Below, piece by piece: positions 59,571-64,000 of a stretch of DNA of 64,000 nt. The position numbers were made by a program, and so were the translations under genes. Below the pieces are notes generated by a model that was not told the origin of the DNA, did not search any database, and worked only from the letters and a program-made list of their open reading frames with translations. How positions within the stretch are numbered: the stretch's first letter is position 1; every line of letters begins with the position of its first letter. Source of the stretch: Setoptus koraiensis (Eukaryota; Animalia; Arthropoda); assembly GCA_048013815.1 (NCBI GenBank), contig CM106586.1:22568001-22632000 (forward strand), read 5' to 3'.

Positions 59571-60626
59571 CCGACTCGACAAATCACACACGAGCTGTTG
59601 CGTAATGCATGCAAACTGCATCATCAACGGCTGGCTGTATCATCGCGTCGAGCCTGACAGTGGCCATCGATTTATTGCATCTGATCGTTTTAATCGTCAC
59701 AGTGTAGTCATTGGGTTATTGTGTGATCATCGCACCAAGCTGATGCAACAATTGTTAGTGCTGTCAATGTCGGCGACGTCATCTCTTTTATATTCATGTA
59801 ATGCATGCCAATTATTTGTCGTGTCGCCATCACTTTTGGCTATATCTATTCGCAGTTGGCTACTAACTTATTTATAAGGCTTTATAAGTATGTGGTTTCC
59901 CATGATTGTTGACAGACAGCGCGAAAAGATTGCATCGGCCCACAACAGCCAACAACAGGTAACAACAGGTAACAACAACGGGTGACGCAACTAGTCACAA
60001 GTTTGTGTGCGTGTATATGTATTAATTATTCAATTAGTTGCCGGTAAACAGGTGAAATATGGTGCTAGGGCCAGCAGCGGCAGTGATGATGGCACGTATA
60101 TCAAAGTTGCAGTTTGTTGGCGATTGTCGCGCAATCGGTCTAATTATTCCGACAAATGCTTCATAGTCATATTGGCATAACACAATAGATGGATCTATAT
60201 CTCTGAACTCTTATTTATTGACGCCGCTCCTCGGTTGTTATCGACACTCGACAATGGCCCATTTCAGAAGTCAGATCAGCATCTAATAACAGCAGCAGCA
60301 GCAGTTGAAGTAGTGTTTTAGTGGGACATAAATAAATAAATTACCATTGTCATTATCGCCGATCTGCTGCCGGTACCAATATTTAATGTATATCAAACTG
60401 AGCTGGTAGCCTAGTCAACTGACCATATATCACCGCCCGGTATATCGTTGTGAATAATCACAGATTGATACTCGATTGATCTGTCCAAAACGAAAAAAGT
60501 GTCCTAAAAGTGTCACAGCTCTCACTACAAATAACCACATTCGCATATACAGCAATCTATTGGTCTCAGCGACAGTTCCGGCGGTTTGTCTTAGCAACTT
60601 GTTGAGAAACTTGAACAGCAACTTAA

Positions 60627-62324
60627 ATGAACGCAAACATGATGATGATGATTAAAACCTCCAAACTACTGGCATGCCTCATACTAATGGCACTGAGCGT
60701 GTCGGTGCTGTCGTCGGTCCACTGTCAACAGACACCCGCGCCCAATGCCGACACCCAGATACCGAGCCCGCTGGGTGTTTGGGATAGGGCCCTCAACGGT
60801 TTCGGCCGGCTCACCAGTTTCGGTCAATCGGCCAGAGGACAGGTGGATCGAGTTGTGCAGGAGGCCTTCAAGATATTTGCCAGACTGTACCACAAGAACT
60901 ATACAGAGGAGGAGATACCAAAAAGAATGAAACTGTTCAGCGAAAACAAAAAACTCGTCGACGAATCGCTGCTCGACTACAAGCAAGGCAAATCGTCCTA
61001 CGCCTTGCGCGTCAATCAATTCACCGACTGGGTAAGCCTCGTGGATTATCCAACAATAACCATTATCTTTATTCCATCTAAATGGAATGAACCGGACCCG
61101 TTATTCAATTTTGTCTCAATCATGTCTGTCTTGTTGTATAATATGCATATATTGTGATGATTAATATGTGATAATTAGGACGACCAAGAGTTGCATAGTC
61201 TCACGGGCACAGACCCCACTGGAGAGGTGGATCTGGCACAAATGGTGAGAGGCGCTGGCGATAGTGACTCATCGAGCTATTTGGGGGCCAGACAATCTGA
61301 GAGCATTCCCGTCTCAAAGGATTGGAGAAAAAGCGGTTGCGTAAGTGCACCAATTAACCAGAAAGATTGCGGGGCCTGTTACGCAATAGCCACCATGAGC
61401 GTTGTTGAATCTATGCGATGCATTCAGGGCAACTCGTCGCCCATATTGAGTCCACAACATATAGTGGATTGTGCTAGCTCGCGACAAGGTGAGTTGAACA
61501 GCTAATTTGTTTGTCATTTTTTATTTAATTGCGCAATCATTGTCACCGTTTATTGTTACCATTGTGTTTACTCAATCACGACGCAGGCTATCAAAATTAT
61601 GGTTGTAACGGTGGCTGGCCCACCAGAGTGCTCAAGTATCTCCAGGACTACAACATAGCCGTCAGAGATACGTGCTATCCGTTTGTTCACAAGGTAAATA
61701 TTTGATTGATGATGGCGGTGATTGCAACCGAGCCAATCACTCTTTTTTGATAAATTAAGACAAATTAGACACACACACACTGACATCTTGCGTCTTTGCC
61801 CACCCATAATTAGCAAGGAATGTGCAAAGTCCAACAAATGAAACAACAGTCCGGCTGTGTAGTGAAAGCCAGCCCTACGGATAGGCGTCAGTTGACCTAC
61901 AGGATACTGAACAACGAAAGAGACATTTTGTATCATGTGGCCAAAACGGGGCCAGTGGTCACCGTCATGAAAGCGACTAGAAAATTCACCATGTACTGGT
62001 AAGTGATTTTCACACAATGCTCACTCTAATAATAAATAATATTATTGTATATTATTAACAATGTATATTCCAATCACAATGATCGATGTAATGTATCGGG
62101 CGCATAGGACGGGCATATTTGATGATTCATCTTGCTCAAATAGACGCAGTGACGTAGATCATGCCATCGTCATTGTTGGCTACGGAAAAGAAAACGGAGT
62201 CGACTATTGGCTCATCAAAAACTCTTGGGGAACCACCGATTGGGGCGAAGGTGGCTACGCTAAATACAGGCGAGGCAAGTATGCCTGCTCTATCGGCCAC
62301 TGGGGTTGGGTAGTCACAAGCTAA
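60627..62324 (+). CDS. Secreted papain-family (C1A, cathepsin L-like) cysteine protease with I29 prodomain, five exons (60627-61031, 61179-61488, 61587-61693, 61814-61998, 62108-62324), ~407 aa
   Basis: Signal peptide, ERFNIN-like prodomain (EIPKRMKLFSEN) and NQFTDW. Catalytic NQKDCGACY, GCNGGWP, VDHAIVIVGYG and YWLIKNSWG. The four GT-AG introns have phases 0, 1, 0 and 2 and sum to an intact frame (1224 nt). Confidence 0.93.
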
Positions 62325-62475
62325 GCCTGATGAATGATGTTTGGTTCGAGCTCCCCCTACTATTATTAGATATTTATCACTAACATTTTAGCGCATTTCA
62401 ATATGTTCTTTTATTTCATTTGTTAATCCAAATAAAATCCAAATAATAACAACTATGTATCGTACATTTCATCAT

Positions 62476-63129
62476 CTAACCTACGAGTAATGTGTCTTCT
62501 GACAAAAATTCATATGGTGGCACCTCCAAATTTCTGGGAGCGGGACCCTTTCTTGCTCTTCCTGAGGCGTCGTAATGTGATCCGTGACATGGGCAATAGT
62601 ATCCGTTGAAATCGCCTTTGTTTGCTATGGGTACACAACCCAAATGCGTGCACACACCGATAATAACAAGCCATTCGGGCTTTTGAGTTCGGCTTGAATC
62701 AGTTTCGGGATCTCTTAATAGTGATAGATCAGTGTTGGAACATTCGCTAATTTCAGCTGGTGTCCGATGACGAACAAACAATGGCTTTCCTCTCCATTTA
62801 ATGATGGCGTTTTTGCCAGGGGGTATATCGGCCAATTTAACTTCGACCTTTGATAGAGCTAACACGTCCTTAGAAGGTGACATTGAAGCTATTAATTTAG
62901 TGACAGCTGACTTGGCAAACACTGCCATTCCAGCGCCCGTGGTGGCGGTCATGAGATAACTGAAAACTCTACGGCCATCCTCGGAGGTTCCTTGACTCTT
63001 TAGAACGTTCTTGGTTGAAGGTCGTCTGTATTTGGTGTAATCGGGCATCTCAATATCCGTGTGGGCAAGTCGGACCAACATAATGCGACTTGGCGCTCCG
63101 GCGACCTTCAACAAATTTGACGACATCAT
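62476..63129 (-). CDS. UQCRFS1: Rieske iron-sulfur subunit of complex III, intronless, ~217 aa from ATG 63129
   Basis: [40 protein letters not shown], and Rieske boxes [10 protein letters not shown] and [15 protein letters not shown], then [14 protein letters not shown]. Confidence 0.97.
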   Translation of the reverse strand: MMSSNLLKVAGAPSRIMLVRLAHTDIEMPDYTKYRRPSTKNVLKSQGTSEDGRRVFSYLMTATTGAGMAVFAKSAVTKLIASMSPSKDVLALSKVEVKLADIPPGKNAIIKWRGKPLFVRHRTPAEISECSNTDLSLLRDPETDSSRTQKPEWLVIIGVCTHLGCVPIANKGDFNGYYCPCHGSHYDASGRARKGPAPRNLEVPPYEFLSEDTLLVG

Positions 63130-63842
63130 TTTGATTCCGACGACAAGTAACAGTGTCAAATATATTAATTTTAATTAGTTGCAATTAGTTGATTATCTAT
63201 TTCCTAATTTGATTGACAATTGCTAGATTACTATGCCAAATATTCTTTTTTCGAGCACTTCACTTTGATAAGACAGTGATTGCAGTGTTTAATTCAAGGC
63301 TGCAAAGGGATTCTACGCTGTCCTCATGCGCAGACATTCGGAGCGCCAGTTTTGAACTGGCTCAAAATGGAATTTCTGATATTTTCTCGTGCGATCAAAA
63401 GATTTTCCTTGATTTCTTCCTAGGATTTCTCTCACAATTGTCAGAATGCTCCATAGCTGAATTCGAATCGAGGATGTCCCATGCGAAGAGGGAAAGAACG
63501 CGGTCAACGGAATAATTTAATCTCACAAAGTCAGAATTCCTAGAAGCTGGGGAGATAGTAGTGAATGGTGCCCAGCTCTTCGTTTCGCAGGCTATTTCAT
63601 AGGCCACCATAAATTGCCATCATTTGTTTTGACGCACTAACCCAAGCGATGACTGAGCGCAAGTGACGCACAAGCACACATACGAAGAAGCAGTTTATCG
63701 TGTCGACTTCGGCGTAAACTGCACACATGTGACAATGTTTGCAGCCACGATCTAGGCACGCCACAATTGAATATATCTTTATTTATCAGAGTTTTGTTTT
63801 TATTATTAGTTTCCTCAAAACAATAATATCTAGACCACCAAA

Positions 63843-64000
63843 ATGCTGGCGTCACTATCGAGAGCTGTCACGCCAAGCCGTCCCAAAGCCGCCTGTTCCT
63901 ACATAAAAAGATACAGGGACTACAAGAGCCTGATCGATGACGCAAAACACCGTGCAAGGAATACCATCTTGATCCAGCATGACTCCAACCAACACTATGT
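63843..64000 (+). CDS. 5' end of a probable mitochondrially targeted protein, possibly mitochondrial poly(A) polymerase-like
   Basis: ATG at 63843 gives MLASLSRAVTPSRPKAACSYIKRYRDYKSLIDDAKHRARNTILIQHDSNQHY, open to the window end. The R/S/A-rich acid-free start resembles a presequence. ARNTILIQ recalls the A.RTVLI. motif near the MTPAP N-terminus (recalled similarity only). Confidence 0.45.
   Translation, partial: MLASLSRAVTPSRPKAACSYIKRYRDYKSLIDDAKHRARNTILIQHDSNQHY

Noticed and set aside
51138-60000. Dozens of 60-200 aa ORFs on all six frames
   Set aside because: They are R/A/P/G-rich or homopolymeric products of GC-rich and triplet-repeat DNA, overlap one another on both strands, and show no recognisable domain.

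Overview
Eukaryotic, animal nuclear DNA from a very compact, intron-poor arthropod genome. The chelicerate-type cuticle protein and the intronless InR, Cul4 and beta-TrCP suggest an acariform, possibly eriophyoid-type mite; that taxon call is inference. About 18 protein-coding genes are supported. In order: an unknown partial ORF, KDEL receptor, Polo/PLK1, Enhancer of polycomb, USB1, slimb/beta-TrCP, CLPTM1, CTD small phosphatase, a PH-domain/low-complexity gene probably split by a 500-N scaffold gap, mRpL38, Bud32/TP53RK, insulin receptor, a divergent dystroglycan, cullin-4, an RR-type cuticular protein, a papain-family protease, the Rieske Fe-S protein, and the 5' end of a probable mitochondrial protein. 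I worked out exon junctions by hand from GT/AG sites and conserved protein motifs. I found no prokaryotic features, CRISPR arrays, tRNA/rRNA genes or intact transposons. The most unusual segment is a ~9.7 kb GC-rich region at 51-60.6 kb with no recognisable gene. It holds 26 copies of CAGGT(G/A)A on both strands, a series of unrelated 8-12 bp mini tandem arrays, and a perfect 38-bp palindrome. Other notable points are a true antisense CDS overlap (E(Pc)/USB1), near-strict strand alternation of genes, a Bud32 missing its conserved C-terminal tail, and a dystroglycan with no PPxY motif.
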